A stretch of 64,000 nucleotides of DNA from Pseudomonadota bacterium (GCA_040386495.1 JAZKFJ010000016.1:19142-83141); one strand, 5' to 3'. Positions 1 through 9,645 are shown, counted from the first letter of the stretch. The notes: generated by a model not told the origin, from the letters alone. A program made the numbers and translations.

Positions 1-285
1 GCCGTTCAACCGGCCGCCGCGGGCGATCCGCAGCAGCCCCAGCGCCGCTGCGATGCACAGCGCACCGGCGGTGACGGCGATGCCCGGGGTTTTCCAAAGT
101 TCATCGAACAGCGTCGCGAAAAAGCCGAACAGCAGCCCAGCGGCGATCCACGCCGACACGCCGATCAGCCCGGCGAGATACCACGGCAGACCATCGCGAT
201 GCGCGGGGGTGTCGCCGGAGACGGCGCCCGCGGCGCGCAGCCGCGACCACAGCGATTCGGCGGCGGGAGAGGCGGGAAGATTCAT
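1..285 (-). CDS. DUF4401-like integral membrane protein, N-terminal part only (gene runs off the left edge)
   Basis: The ATG at 285 overlaps the stop of the upstream ORF (ATGA at 282-285). My translation is MNLPASPAAESLWSRLRAAGAVSGDTPAHRDGLPWYLAGLIGVSAWIAAGLLFGFF. This is the N-terminal layout I associate with DUF4401 genes that follow DUF2157 genes. It is absent from the ORF track because it is truncated. Confidence 0.45.
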   Translation of the reverse strand, partial: MNLPASPAAESLWSRLRAAGAVSGDTPAHRDGLPWYLAGLIGVSAWIAAGLLFGFFATLFDELWKTPGIAVTAGALCIAAALGLLRIARGGRLNG

Positions 286-1292
286 GCGCCCGCCTCCCGG
301 CGATCCATCCGCCGCAGCCACCACGCGCCCGCGGTCGCCTCGCCCAGCACCACGACGGCGAGCAGCAGCCACAGTGCGGCGGGTTCGTTGTCGCGTTCGA
401 ACACAGACCGGCTCATCAGCCGGAACAGCCAGACCGTGCTGACGCCGATCATCGCGATCACCGTCAACGCGAGCACGGCGCGGTCGCGGCGGCGGCGCAG
501 CTCGACCGCAAGCAGGACGGCGACACCGGCCGACCAGGCCAACATCTCATGTCCCAACCTCGGCCCGCCATTGTCGAGCGCCGATATCATCGCCGGCACG
601 CTCAGACAGAACAGCGCCGCGGCGGCCAGCAGGCGCGGCCCGCCATCGCCGCCGAACTCCGGCCATCGCCCGGCCGCGAACCGCCAGCCGAGGAACAGCG
701 CGAGATCGAACAGGCCGACCAGCATCAGGCTGTGTTCGTCGTCCAGCTGCGCGCCGCCCATGGTGTCGGCCCACAACCCCAGCGCGATGTTCGCCACCGC
801 GATCCACAGCAGCCAGATCGCCGCATGCCGCCCGGCGAACGCCCAGGGCAGCGCCAGCGCCGCCCACAGCGTGAACAATTCCCAGGTGTCGGCGCCGGTC
901 TGGTAGGTCTGGCCGATCAGCGCCAGCAGCCCGCCCAGCAGCACCATCGCCAGCCACAGCGCGGCCTGCCCGCCGAGTCGCGCCAGCCCCAGCCGCGCGG
1001 TCGCCGCGACGGCCGCGATCGCCAGCGCCTGCATCCCGTACAGGCGGGTGAATTTGCCGAGGTGTTCCCAGTTGGCGGCGATGAAACAGATCGCCCCGGC
1101 CGCGCACAGTGCGACGCCCAGCCAGAGCGCGAAACGATCCAGGAACCATCGCCACAGCGCGGCGTCCGGCGCCGGCCCCAACGCCTCGCGAGCGGCAGCA
1201 GTTGCCGCCGCATCCAGCGCGCCGTCGCGACGCCATTCGCGCAGTTGCGTCTGTTCCGTAACCGTATCGCGCCAGCGCCTCCAGTCGCCCAT
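282..1292 (-). CDS. DUF2157-like polytopic membrane protein
   Basis: A 336-aa ORF with a cytoplasmic N-terminus (LREWRRDGALD) followed by many hydrophobic segments (FIAANWEHLGKF...). It is translationally coupled to the downstream membrane gene. Confidence 0.55.
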   Translation of the reverse strand: MGDWRRWRDTVTEQTQLREWRRDGALDAAATAAAREALGPAPDAALWRWFLDRFALWLGVALCAAGAICFIAANWEHLGKFTRLYGMQALAIAAVAATARLGLARLGGQAALWLAMVLLGGLLALIGQTYQTGADTWELFTLWAALALPWAFAGRHAAIWLLWIAVANIALGLWADTMGGAQLDDEHSLMLVGLFDLALFLGWRFAAGRWPEFGGDGGPRLLAAAALFCLSVPAMISALDNGGPRLGHEMLAWSAGVAVLLAVELRRRRDRAVLALTVIAMIGVSTVWLFRLMSRSVFERDNEPAALWLLLAVVVLGEATAGAWWLRRMDRREAGA

Positions 1293-1293
1293 G

Positions 1294-1854
1294 TCAGCTG
1301 CCGGTCTCGCCGGCCAGATACTGGTCCTTCAAGCGCACGTAATGCTGGGCCGAGTAGTACAGGGCTTCCATCTCGGCATCGCTGAGCCGGCGCGCGAACC
1401 TGCCCGGATTACCCAGCCACATTTCGCCTTCGCCCACCACCTTGCCGGGCGCGATCAGCGCGCCGGCACCGACGAAACCATGCTTCTTCACCACCGCGCC
1501 GTCCAGCACGATGGCGCCCATGCCGATCAGCGCCGCGTCCTCAATGGTGCAGGCGTGGATGATCGCCTTGTGGCCGATGGTCACGTCCTCGCCGATGCGC
1601 GTGGCGAACCCGCCGAGCTTGGCGTGCGGGCCATCGTGGCTCACATGCACGATGCTGCCGTCCTGGATATTGGTGCGCGCGCCGATGCGGATGAAATTCA
1701 CGTCGCCGCGGATCACCGTGGCCGGCCAGATCGACACGTCGTCGCCCAGCACGACGTCGCCGATGACGACCGCGGCGGGGTCGATGTAGACCCGTTCGCC
1801 TAATGCGGGCAGGTGGTGGAGATAGGGGCGTATCAGGGTATGGGCATCGGTCAT
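1294..1854 (-). CDS. gamma-class carbonic anhydrase family / hexapeptide-repeat protein (YrdA/PaaY-like)
   Basis: This is the C-terminal 186 codons of the 626-aa track ORF, from MTDAHTLIRPY. It has left-handed beta-helix hexapeptide repeats (VVIGDVVLGDDVSIWPATVIRGDVNFIRIGARTNIQDGSIVH). The ATG at 1854 is in frame. Confidence 0.85.
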   Translation of the reverse strand: MTDAHTLIRPYLHHLPALGERVYIDPAAVVIGDVVLGDDVSIWPATVIRGDVNFIRIGARTNIQDGSIVHVSHDGPHAKLGGFATRIGEDVTIGHKAIIHACTIEDAALIGMGAIVLDGAVVKKHGFVGAGALIAPGKVVGEGEMWLGNPGRFARRLSDAEMEALYYSAQHYVRLKDQYLAGETGS

Positions 1855-1899
1855 GGCCGCATTTAAGCACGCCCTCCCGACACGTTCTAAACTCGGGCC

Positions 1900-3441
1900 A
1901 TGAATACCACCGTCATCGCGGCCAACGCCGCCATCATCGCCGCCAACGCCGCGATTACCGCCGCCAACGCCGCCAACGCCGGCAGCAACGACCACAACAC
2001 ACCGACGCCGGATGCGCAGCGCGCCCCGCCCGCCGACGAGACCGCCGAGCTGGCGCCGACGCTCGACCGGCTCAAGGCCGCATGGCGGGCGAAGAAGCCG
2101 GACTATGCGCAGCGGATCAGCGATCTGGAACGCCTGAAGACGGCCTTCAAGGCGCGGATGGGCGAGATGGCGGCGGCGGTGCGCGCCGATTTCGGCCACC
2201 GTTCCGAACACGAGACCCTGCTGGCCGACGGCATGACCGTGATCGCCGAGATCGACCATCTGCGCAGGCACCTGCGCGGCTGGATGCGGCCGACGCGCGC
2301 GAGCGTCGGCGTCCAGCTGTGGCCGGCCAGCGCGCAGATCCGCCACGAGGCGGTGGGCGTGGTCGGGGTGATGGCGCCGTGGAATTACCCGGTGAATCTG
2401 GCGCTGGTGCCGCTGGTCACCGCCATCGCCGCCGGCAATCACGTATTCCTGAAGCCGTCGGAGCACACGCCGCAGACCAGCGCGTGGTTGCAAAAACTGC
2501 TGGCCGATGTGTTCCCCGCAGACCGCGTCGCGGTCGCGCTGGGCGGCGCCGAACTGGGCGCGGCGTTCTCCGGGCTGCCGTTCGATCACCTGGTTTTTAC
2601 AGGTTCCACGGCGGTGGGGCGCAAGGTGATGGCCGCGGCCGCGCCGAATCTCACCCCGCTCACGCTGGAACTCGGCGGCAAATCGCCCGCCATCGTCGCC
2701 GCGGACTTTCCGATCGACCAGGCCGCGGCGCGGTTGGCCAGCGGCAAATGGTTCAACGGCGGCCAGACCTGCATCGCGCCGGACTACATCCTGATCGACG
2801 CCGCGCGCCGCGACGCGCTGGTGGACGCGTTGCGCGCGCAGGTGCATGCGCGCTATGGCGCGGACATGCGCGAGGCGACCGACTACACCCGCGTGGTCAA
2901 CGAAGGCCAGTACCGCCGCCTGCGCGGCTACATCGACGATGCCCGCGCGCGCGGGCTGACGGTGATCGAACTGGCCAGCGTGGACGCCGGCCGCGCCGAA
3001 ACCGAGCGACTGATCCCGCCGACGCTGATCATCGAACCGGGCGACGACAGCAAGGTGATGCAGGACGAGATCTTCGGGCCGATCCTGCCCATCCACGGTT
3101 ACGCGAAGCTGGAAGACGCCTTGGCCTACGTCGAAACCCACGACCGGCCGCTGGCGCTGTATCCCTTCAGCCACGATCGCGGCATCGTCGAAAACATCCT
3201 CTCACGGCTCATCGCCGGCGGCGTCACCGTCAACGACACCCTGCTGCACTTCGCCGCGCACAATCTGCCGTTCGGCGGCATCGGCCCCAGCGGCATGGGC
3301 CAGTACCACGGCCGCGCCGGCTTCGACGCCTTCACCAAGGCGATGCCGGTGCTATGGCAGGCGCGCTTCACCGCGACCGATTTCATCAAGCCGCCGTATC
3401 GCGGTTGGATCGATCGGATAATCCGCTCCCTGACCAAGTAA
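1900..3441 (+). CDS. NAD(P)-dependent aldehyde dehydrogenase, coniferyl-aldehyde dehydrogenase-like
   Basis: ALDH motifs are present: APWNYPVNL, FLKPSEHTP, FTGSTAVGRKV, LELGGKSPAIV, NGGQTCIAPDY and EEIFGPILP-type DEIFGPILP. The N-terminal about 50 aa are low-complexity, so the start is uncertain. Confidence 0.85.
   Translation: MNTTVIAANAAIIAANAAITAANAANAGSNDHNTPTPDAQRAPPADETAELAPTLDRLKAAWRAKKPDYAQRISDLERLKTAFKARMGEMAAAVRADFGHRSEHETLLADGMTVIAEIDHLRRHLRGWMRPTRASVGVQLWPASAQIRHEAVGVVGVMAPWNYPVNLALVPLVTAIAAGNHVFLKPSEHTPQTSAWLQKLLADVFPADRVAVALGGAELGAAFSGLPFDHLVFTGSTAVGRKVMAAAAPNLTPLTLELGGKSPAIVAADFPIDQAAARLASGKWFNGGQTCIAPDYILIDAARRDALVDALRAQVHARYGADMREATDYTRVVNEGQYRRLRGYIDDARARGLTVIELASVDAGRAETERLIPPTLIIEPGDDSKVMQDEIFGPILPIHGYAKLEDALAYVETHDRPLALYPFSHDRGIVENILSRLIAGGVTVNDTLLHFAAHNLPFGGIGPSGMGQYHGRAGFDAFTKAMPVLWQARFTATDFIKPPYRGWIDRIIRSLTK
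1921..1983 (+). repeat. in-frame 21-bp tandem repeat x3 inside the 5' end of the ALDH gene
   Basis: The units are gccaacgccgccatcatcgcc / gccaacgccgcgattaccgcc / gccaacgccgccaacgccggc, encoding ANAAIIA-ANAAITA-ANAANAG. Confidence 0.8.
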
Positions 3442-3517
3442 GCGGTTGCTACGATCACCGTCTGGCCGGTCAAGCCGCCGCCCCCGCACCGACACCATCG
3501 ACAAGGAAAGGATTCCA

Positions 3518-4573
3518 ATGACCCGGACCACGACTCGCGCGCTGCTGCACACCCTCGTCGTCGCGCTGTTCGCGCTCGCGCTGCCGTTGGCCGCCGACGC
3601 CGCGCCCCGGCCCGCCAAACCGGGCAAGCTGCGGGTCTGGCTGACCGGCAATGCCGCGGACTCCGCGCGCGCGCCGGTCGGCGGCCCGGCGCTGCTGCTG
3701 ATGGGCGGCAGCACCGAAGTCGACGCCGGCTTCTCGCAGCGCGCGTATCCGGTCGCCAACGGCGGCGACATCGTGATCCTGCGCACCTCGGGCAAGGACG
3801 GCTACAACAGCTATCTCTACAACCTCGTTTCCGGGCCGCTGAAACCGGATTCGGTCGAAACCATGCTGGTCGACAGCCGCGACAAGGCCGACAGCGATTA
3901 CGTCGACTGGGTGATCCGCACCGCCGAGTTGATCTTCATCGCCGGCGGCGACCAGGCCACCTACGTCAACGCATGGCAGGGCACCCGCGTGGAAGATGCG
4001 CTGCACGCCGCATACGCGCGCGGCGCGGTGATCGGCGGCACCTCCGCCGGGCTCGCGGTGATGGGCGAATTCGTCTACGACCCGGACGGCATCGCCGGCA
4101 TCACCAGCGCCGAGGCGCTGGCGAATCCGTACAGCCCCTTCATGACCTTGAGCACCGGGTTCCTGCGCTTCCCCATCATGGACGGCATCGTCACCGACAG
4201 TCATTTCCATGCGCGCGACCGCATGGGCCGCACGCTCGCGTTCATGGCGCGGCTGCGCCAGGACGGCGCCGCGGCGCAGATCACCGGCCTCGCCATCGAC
4301 GAACAGACTTCACTGTTCATCGACCGAAACGGCCTGGGCGTGGTCGACAACAACGGCACCGGCGCGGCGTACGTGATCGAGGAACGCGCCGACACCCTGC
4401 GCACGCAGGTCGCGCCCGGCCAGCCGCTGATCTACCGCAACCTGCAGCGCATCCGGCTCGACGCCGGGCGGTTCTACGACTTCGTGAGCCGCCAGCACAA
4501 CGGCCTCGCCGCCATCATCAGTGTGGACGGGCGCAACGCGACCGCGCCGTTCACGCCGGCGGACCCGTACTGA
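3518..4573 (+). CDS. secreted peptidase S51 family protein (cyanophycinase-like)
   Basis: The ATG at 3518 lies behind AAGGAAAGGA. There is a signal peptide (MTRTTTRALLHTLVVALFALALPLAADA). S51 motifs IFIAGGDQ and VIGGTSAGLAV (Ser nucleophile elbow) are present. Confidence 0.75.
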   Translation: MTRTTTRALLHTLVVALFALALPLAADAAPRPAKPGKLRVWLTGNAADSARAPVGGPALLLMGGSTEVDAGFSQRAYPVANGGDIVILRTSGKDGYNSYLYNLVSGPLKPDSVETMLVDSRDKADSDYVDWVIRTAELIFIAGGDQATYVNAWQGTRVEDALHAAYARGAVIGGTSAGLAVMGEFVYDPDGIAGITSAEALANPYSPFMTLSTGFLRFPIMDGIVTDSHFHARDRMGRTLAFMARLRQDGAAAQITGLAIDEQTSLFIDRNGLGVVDNNGTGAAYVIEERADTLRTQVAPGQPLIYRNLQRIRLDAGRFYDFVSRQHNGLAAIISVDGRNATAPFTPADPY

Positions 4574-4673
4574 AGCCTGCGGCCGGGCGCATCCGCGATG
4601 CTGCCCTGCAGCTTGACCCTCGCCACGGCACGGCGTATCAACCCGTATTTCCATCGGGCAACGCTCCGCGACG

Positions 4674-4755
4674 CCTCCATGCCGAAACCACGCATCCATC
4701 TCCGGCACATCGGCCGGACTTTCTATCTCAGCGAATGGTGGGACGAGTAATCCTG
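4674..4755 (+). repeat. copy 1 of an about 82-bp duplicated 3' flank of the S51 paralogs (contains hairpin CCGGC-acatcg-GCCGG followed by a T-rich run)
   Basis: The sequence cctccatgccgaaaccacgcatccatctccggcacatcggccggactttctatctcagcgaatggtgggacgagtaatcctg is repeated at 6427-6510 with a few substitutions. Confidence 0.8.
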
Positions 4756-4889
4756 CGCCACTGATCGCCCCGGGCCCGCAACGGGCCCGCCGGCATCCTG
4801 CCGGTTCGCATCGCAGTCTCGCGTCCAGATTCCCCGCATCCCGAATCGTGTGCCGCTTCCCGCGCACACCAATCGCAATGGAGATCGCC

Positions 4890-6335
4890 ATGTCCATTCA
4901 GCTTCCGCGCATCGCTGCGCGCGTCGTTTTCGTCGCACGTTGTTGTTGCATCGCCCTCGCACTTTTCGTCCAGCCCCTTTTCGTCCAACCCGCTTTCGCG
5001 CAGATCGCCAGCGAAAGCGAGAACAACAACACCGAAAGCGCCGCCGACGGCCCGGTGGGTTCCGGCACGCGCGTGACCGGCAGCCTGTCCACGTCGTCCG
5101 ACATCGACTGGTTCTACTTCGATCTGACCGCCGCCAGCACCATCGCCATCCGCCTGAATCACGGCACCGGCAACGACTTCGACTGGGCGCTGTACAAGGC
5201 CACCGGCAGCGCGGTCGCCAGCGGCAAAAGCAGCGCGATACCCGAGAACGGCAGCTACGCCGCGACCACCACCGGCCGCTACAAGCTGAAGGTCACCGCG
5301 TATCGCGGCAGCGGCTGGTACGACCTCGACGTCACGCTGACGCCGTCCGGCGGCGGCGGCGGGGGCGGCGGAACGCGTCCGGCAAAACCCGGCAATCTCC
5401 AGAGCTGGCTCGTCGGCAACGCCGCGGATTCGGGGAAAAACCCGGTCAACGGCCCGGCGCTGATCCTGATGGGCGGCGGCGCCGATGTGGACGCCAGCTT
5501 CAGCCAGCGCGCGTTCCCGGTCGCCAACGGCGGCGACGTGGTGATCATCCGCACCAGCGGCAGCAACGGCTACAACGATTATCTCTACACCCTCGTCAGC
5601 GGCGCGACCAAACCCGATTCGGTCGAAACCCTGCTGCTGGACAGCGTCGACAAGGCCAACAGCGACTATGCCGACTGGGTGCTGCGCAACGCGGAGCTGA
5701 TCTTCATCGCCGGCGGCGACCAGTCGGCCTACGTCAACGCCTGGAAAGGCACGCGCACCGAGGATGCGATCCACGCGGCTTACGCGCGCGGCGCGGTGAT
5801 CGGCGGCACCTCCGCGGGGCTGGCGGTGGAAGGCGAGTTCGTCTACGACCCGGACGGCGTGACCGCTGTCACCGGCGCCGAAGCCATCGCCAACCCGTAT
5901 CGCAGCAGCATGCTGTTCACCGGCGATTTCCTGAATTTCCCGCTGATGAACGACATCGTCACCGACACCCATTTCTCGCAGCGCGACCGCATGGGCCGGC
6001 TGTTCGCGTTCATGGCCCGGCTGCGCCAGGACAACAACACCGCGCGCATCATCGGCATCGGCGTCGGCGAGAACACCGCGCTGTTCATGGGCCGCACCGG
6101 CCTGGGCATCGTCGACGGCAGCGGCGCGGCGTATGTGGTCGAAGAACGCACCGATACCCAGCGCACGCAGGTGCTGCCCGGACAACCGCTGATCTATCGC
6201 AATCTGCAGCGCACCAAGCTCACCGCCGGCCAGTTCTTCGATTTCGTCGGCTACACCCACAACGGCACCAGCATCGTGCTGAGCGTGGACGGCCGCAACG
6301 CCACCGCGCCGTTCTCGCCGGCCAGCCCCTACTGA
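4890..6335 (+). CDS. secreted PPC (pre-peptidase C-terminal)-like domain + peptidase S51 (cyanophycinase-like) fusion
   Basis: GGAG lies 6 nt before the ATG at 4890, and there is a signal peptide ending AFAQ. A beta-sandwich-like region (DIDWFYFDLTAASTIAIRLN...GRYKLKVTAYRGSGWYDLDVTL) is followed by a PSGGGGGGGG linker. The rest is an S51 domain collinear with the 3518-4573 product (IFIAGGDQ, VIGGTSAGLAV). Confidence 0.75.
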   Translation: MSIQLPRIAARVVFVARCCCIALALFVQPLFVQPAFAQIASESENNNTESAADGPVGSGTRVTGSLSTSSDIDWFYFDLTAASTIAIRLNHGTGNDFDWALYKATGSAVASGKSSAIPENGSYAATTTGRYKLKVTAYRGSGWYDLDVTLTPSGGGGGGGGTRPAKPGNLQSWLVGNAADSGKNPVNGPALILMGGGADVDASFSQRAFPVANGGDVVIIRTSGSNGYNDYLYTLVSGATKPDSVETLLLDSVDKANSDYADWVLRNAELIFIAGGDQSAYVNAWKGTRTEDAIHAAYARGAVIGGTSAGLAVEGEFVYDPDGVTAVTGAEAIANPYRSSMLFTGDFLNFPLMNDIVTDTHFSQRDRMGRLFAFMARLRQDNNTARIIGIGVGENTALFMGRTGLGIVDGSGAAYVVEERTDTQRTQVLPGQPLIYRNLQRTKLTAGQFFDFVGYTHNGTSIVLSVDGRNATAPFSPASPY

Positions 6336-6426
6336 CCCCCACTGCCTCGCCGATGCGCAGCCGTCCGTGGATCCACACTTGACGGCTTCCCATCGGCGGG
6401 GTATCACATCGCCGGTCCCGTCTGGC

Positions 6427-6510
6427 CTCCGCATGCCGAAACCCCGCACGCATATCCGGCACATCTGCCGGACCTTCTATCTCAGCGAATGGTGGGACGA
6501 ATAAGCCTGT
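6427..6510 (+). repeat. copy 2 of the duplicated 3' flank
   Basis: The sequence is cctccgcatgccgaaaccccgcacgcatatccggcacatctgccggaccttctatctcagcgaatggtgggacgaataagcctg. Confidence 0.8.
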
Positions 6511-6657
6511 CCGCGTGAATGTCCGGGGCCCTCGCGGCCCGTCGACCGCAGCGTCTCGCTGCCGCCTTTCCACCCGTTCCGATCCCAATACGACCGCAGA
6601 CCACCGCTGCGCGCCCGTCGCGCGGCCGTGCCGTCCGTTCGCATGCACGAGTAAATC

Positions 6658-9483
6658 ATGAACAGCACCATGACCCGCATCCTGCCGCCCGCTCTATCGT
6701 TCGCCACGCCGCTCGCCACGCCGCTGGCGATCGCCATTTCGCTGTTGCTGTCCACGCCCGTCGCCGCCCAGGACACGACAACGCCCGCCGCGCCGCAGGA
6801 TGCGCCGGCCACTCCGCAGAACGACCTCGACACGATCGTCATCACCGGCTCCAATCTGCGCGGCATCGACCTGCAGGAAGCGCAGCCGGTGATCGTGCTG
6901 GACAGCAACGACCTCAAACAGATCGGCGCCAGCACCGTCGGCGACGCGCTCAAGCAGGTCTCGGAAACCGGCGGCGGCACCGGCAACTTCAGCACGTCCA
7001 ATTCGGGCGCGCTGCAGGCCGATTCGCCGGCCGGCAGCGCCGCGGCCTCGCTGCGCGGCCTCGGCACGTCGTCCACGCTCACTCTGGTCAACGGCCGCCG
7101 CATCGCGGTGTCTTCGTTCGCCAACGGGTCCGAGAACTTCGTCGATATCAACGCGATTCCGCTGGCCGCCGTGGACCGCATCGAAGTGCTGACCACCGGC
7201 GCATCGGCGATCTACGGCGCCGATGCGGTGGCCGGCGTGGTCAACGTGATCCTGCGCAAGGATTTCGACGGCCTGCGCCTGGGCCTGAGCTATGGCGATT
7301 CGACCCGCGGCACCGACGAGGGCAAGACCAACGTCAACTTGGTCTACGGCTTCCAGGGCGAGCGCGTCGACGGCCTCTTCGTGATCGACGCCTACCAGCG
7401 CAACGCGCTGTACGACCGCGACCGGCGCATTTCCGCGGTGGAACCGCGGCCGTCGCAGCAGGGTCTTTTCCCGAGCTTCAACGACTTCGATTTCGCACAG
7501 GACGATATCGTCGAAGCCCGCTGTCCCGACGATCAATTCGCCGTCGGCCGGCTCGGCGAATACTGCGAAGTCAACCGCAACGCGTTCACCGCGACCGATC
7601 CGGAAAGCCGCCAGTTCGGCGCGTACGGCACCTTGAACGTCAAGCTCAACGACAACGTGGAATATTTCACCGAGCTGGCGCTGCAGCACAACAAGGCGCG
7701 CGCCGATGCGGCGCCGGCGCCGTGGGATGCGGCGGTGTCCTTCGATCACCCGGGCATGCCGGCGGAATTGAGGCAGCGCTTCGTTTCTCTGGGCTTCGAC
7801 ACCAGCGCACTGGTCGCCTTCGGCCGATTCCCCGATGCGCGCACGATCGAAGTCACCACCGACAACGTGCGCTGGCTCAACGGCCTGCGCGGCAGCATCG
7901 GCGGCTGGAACTGGGAAACCGCGCTGACCGTCTCGCGCAGCGAATCGGAACAGAACGCGGTGGCCGGCATCTATAACGTCGCCCGCGTCGAAGCCGGCCT
8001 GTTCGGGGAGCTCTGCGCCGACGGCAGCACCACCTGTTCACCCGGCGCCGGCGGGCTGTGGTACGACCCGTTCAACGGCCAGGCAGGCAACAGCGCGCAG
8101 GTGCTGGATCTGGTCCGCGAAACCGTGCCGCGCGAGGGCCGTTCGAAACTCTATGCGTGGGATGCGAAGCTCAACGGCGACTGGGGCAGCATCGGCGGAC
8201 GCGCCGTGCCGTGGGCGTTCGGCGCCGAGCTGCGCCGCGAGGAGATCGTCGACGATCCGTCGCCGCTGGCGACCGCCGGCATCGACGGCAACGTGCCGGT
8301 CTACGGCTTCGGTTCCACCGCGGTCGAAGCCGAGCGCACGCAGTGGGCACTGTTCGCCGAAACCAACCTGCCGGTCACCAGCACGCTGGACGTGCGCGTC
8401 GCCGGCCGCTACGACCATTACGACGATTTCGGCGGCGACTTCAATCCGTCGATCGGTTTCCGCTGGCGTCCCAGCGACATGTTCCTGCTGCGCGGCGGCT
8501 GGAATACCTCGTTCCGCGCGCCGTCGCTGGCCCAGGTGGGCGCAGGCACGACGCTCAGTTCCGGCGCGCTGCCGTGCGCCGCCGGCAGCGAATTCTTCGA
8601 CAGCTACTGCGGCGGCTTCTCCGGCGACGACAGCTATCTGTCGGAAATCTACGGCAATCCCGACCTCGACCCGGAAACGTCCACGGCCTGGTATTTCGGC
8701 AGCGTGTTCGAGTTCGGCGACCGCGCGACGCTGACCTTGGACTACTGGAATTTCGATCAGGAAGATCTGGTCGACATCGACGATCTGGAACTCTTCCGCC
8801 GGGCATTGACCGACCCGGGCCTGATCTACGACTCGCGGGCCGATTTCGGCGATCCGGGTTATCTGGCGCCCGGCGTCATCGGCATCGCCACCCGCGGCGG
8901 CGGGATCGGCGATCCGGTCGACGACGTGCAGCTGCAGTTGATCAATATCGGTCGGCAAAAGACCGACGGCATCGATCTGGGCTTCGACTACCGTTTCGAC
9001 GAAACCCCGCTCGGTCGATTCAAGACCTACGTCGATGCGACCTGGACGCATTCGTTCGAACGCAGCGAATCCTGCGACCCGAACGGCAGCGACACGCGTC
9101 GCGGCGCCGGGAATTGCAGCGGCGGCGGGCAGCGTCTGCTGGAAAAAACCGGCGAATTCCGCTATCCGGAATGGCTGGTCAACACCGGCGTGTCGTGGTC
9201 GCGCGGCGACTGGAGCGCGCGGCTGTGGGCGAATTACATCGACGGCTATTACGACGACGATCAGCGCGCCGAAGTCCCGGCCGGGCGCAAGGTCGCGTCC
9301 TGGACCACGCTCAATTTCAACGTGGACTGGGATATCGACGACCGTCAGTCGATCGGCCTGAACATCAGGAACCTCGGCGACCGCGATCCGCCGCTGTCGC
9401 TGGGCTCGACCAGCAACGTGGATCTGTACAACCACAACACGCTGGGCCGGTTCGTGACATTCCGCTATACCTATCGCTACTGA
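6658..9483 (+). CDS. TonB-dependent outer-membrane receptor
   Basis: A 941-aa ORF with a signal peptide. Plug-domain motifs are present (LDTIVITGS, LRGLGTSSTLTLVNGRR, IEVLTTGASAIYGADAVAGVVNVIL). A long beta-barrel follows, ending in the aromatic terminus FRYTYRY. Confidence 0.9.
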   Translation: MNSTMTRILPPALSFATPLATPLAIAISLLLSTPVAAQDTTTPAAPQDAPATPQNDLDTIVITGSNLRGIDLQEAQPVIVLDSNDLKQIGASTVGDALKQVSETGGGTGNFSTSNSGALQADSPAGSAAASLRGLGTSSTLTLVNGRRIAVSSFANGSENFVDINAIPLAAVDRIEVLTTGASAIYGADAVAGVVNVILRKDFDGLRLGLSYGDSTRGTDEGKTNVNLVYGFQGERVDGLFVIDAYQRNALYDRDRRISAVEPRPSQQGLFPSFNDFDFAQDDIVEARCPDDQFAVGRLGEYCEVNRNAFTATDPESRQFGAYGTLNVKLNDNVEYFTELALQHNKARADAAPAPWDAAVSFDHPGMPAELRQRFVSLGFDTSALVAFGRFPDARTIEVTTDNVRWLNGLRGSIGGWNWETALTVSRSESEQNAVAGIYNVARVEAGLFGELCADGSTTCSPGAGGLWYDPFNGQAGNSAQVLDLVRETVPREGRSKLYAWDAKLNGDWGSIGGRAVPWAFGAELRREEIVDDPSPLATAGIDGNVPVYGFGSTAVEAERTQWALFAETNLPVTSTLDVRVAGRYDHYDDFGGDFNPSIGFRWRPSDMFLLRGGWNTSFRAPSLAQVGAGTTLSSGALPCAAGSEFFDSYCGGFSGDDSYLSEIYGNPDLDPETSTAWYFGSVFEFGDRATLTLDYWNFDQEDLVDIDDLELFRRALTDPGLIYDSRADFGDPGYLAPGVIGIATRGGGIGDPVDDVQLQLINIGRQKTDGIDLGFDYRFDETPLGRFKTYVDATWTHSFERSESCDPNGSDTRRGAGNCSGGGQRLLEKTGEFRYPEWLVNTGVSWSRGDWSARLWANYIDGYYDDDQRAEVPAGRKVASWTTLNFNVDWDIDDRQSIGLNIRNLGDRDPPLSLGSTSNVDLYNHNTLGRFVTFRYTYRY

Positions 9484-9503
9484 TCGCTTATCGCTACTGA
9501 TCG

Positions 9504-9535
9504 CTGCGCGGCGCGGCATCCGTCGCGCCGCGCAG
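9504..9535 (+). terminator. GC-rich perfect hairpin just after the TonB receptor gene (no T tract)
   Basis: The hairpin is CTGCGCGGCGCG-gcatccgt-CGCGCCGCGCAG. Confidence 0.4.
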
Positions 9536-9556
9536 GCACAGTTGGAAATCATCTGC

Positions 9557-9645
9557 CATCCCGAACGCGGGCGAAGCCCGGGGAGGGATCTGCAGCGACA
9601 TCGAAACAGCAGGTCCCTCCACCCGCTGCGCGGGTGTTCGGGATG
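9557..9645. repeat. REP doublet / long hairpin (CATCCCGAAC...GGAGGGA / TCCCTCC...GTTCGGGATG)
   Basis: Two inverted copies of a GTCATCCCGA-type palindromic unit. It is related to the units at 29427-29453 and 31460-31590. Confidence 0.7.

Noticed and set aside
4674-4755. The duplicated 82-bp segment as a riboswitch or other structured leader.
   Set aside because: I recognise no known riboswitch consensus. A simple hairpin plus T-rich run placed after each paralog's stop fits a terminator carried along by gene duplication. It is kept as a repeat only.
4728-6464. A 578-aa minus-strand ORF, and similar very long ORFs. These include 1294-3174 (upstream part), 8038-9741, 13117-15366 (upstream part), 15632-17035, 27070-29232, 33378-36056, 38435-39796, 40755-41972, 50549-52066 and 59135-60823.
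   Set aside because: They are antisense or off-frame to genes with clear family motifs. They are Arg/Ala/Gly/Pro-rich with no motifs, and are the expected stop-free shadow frames of very GC-rich DNA.
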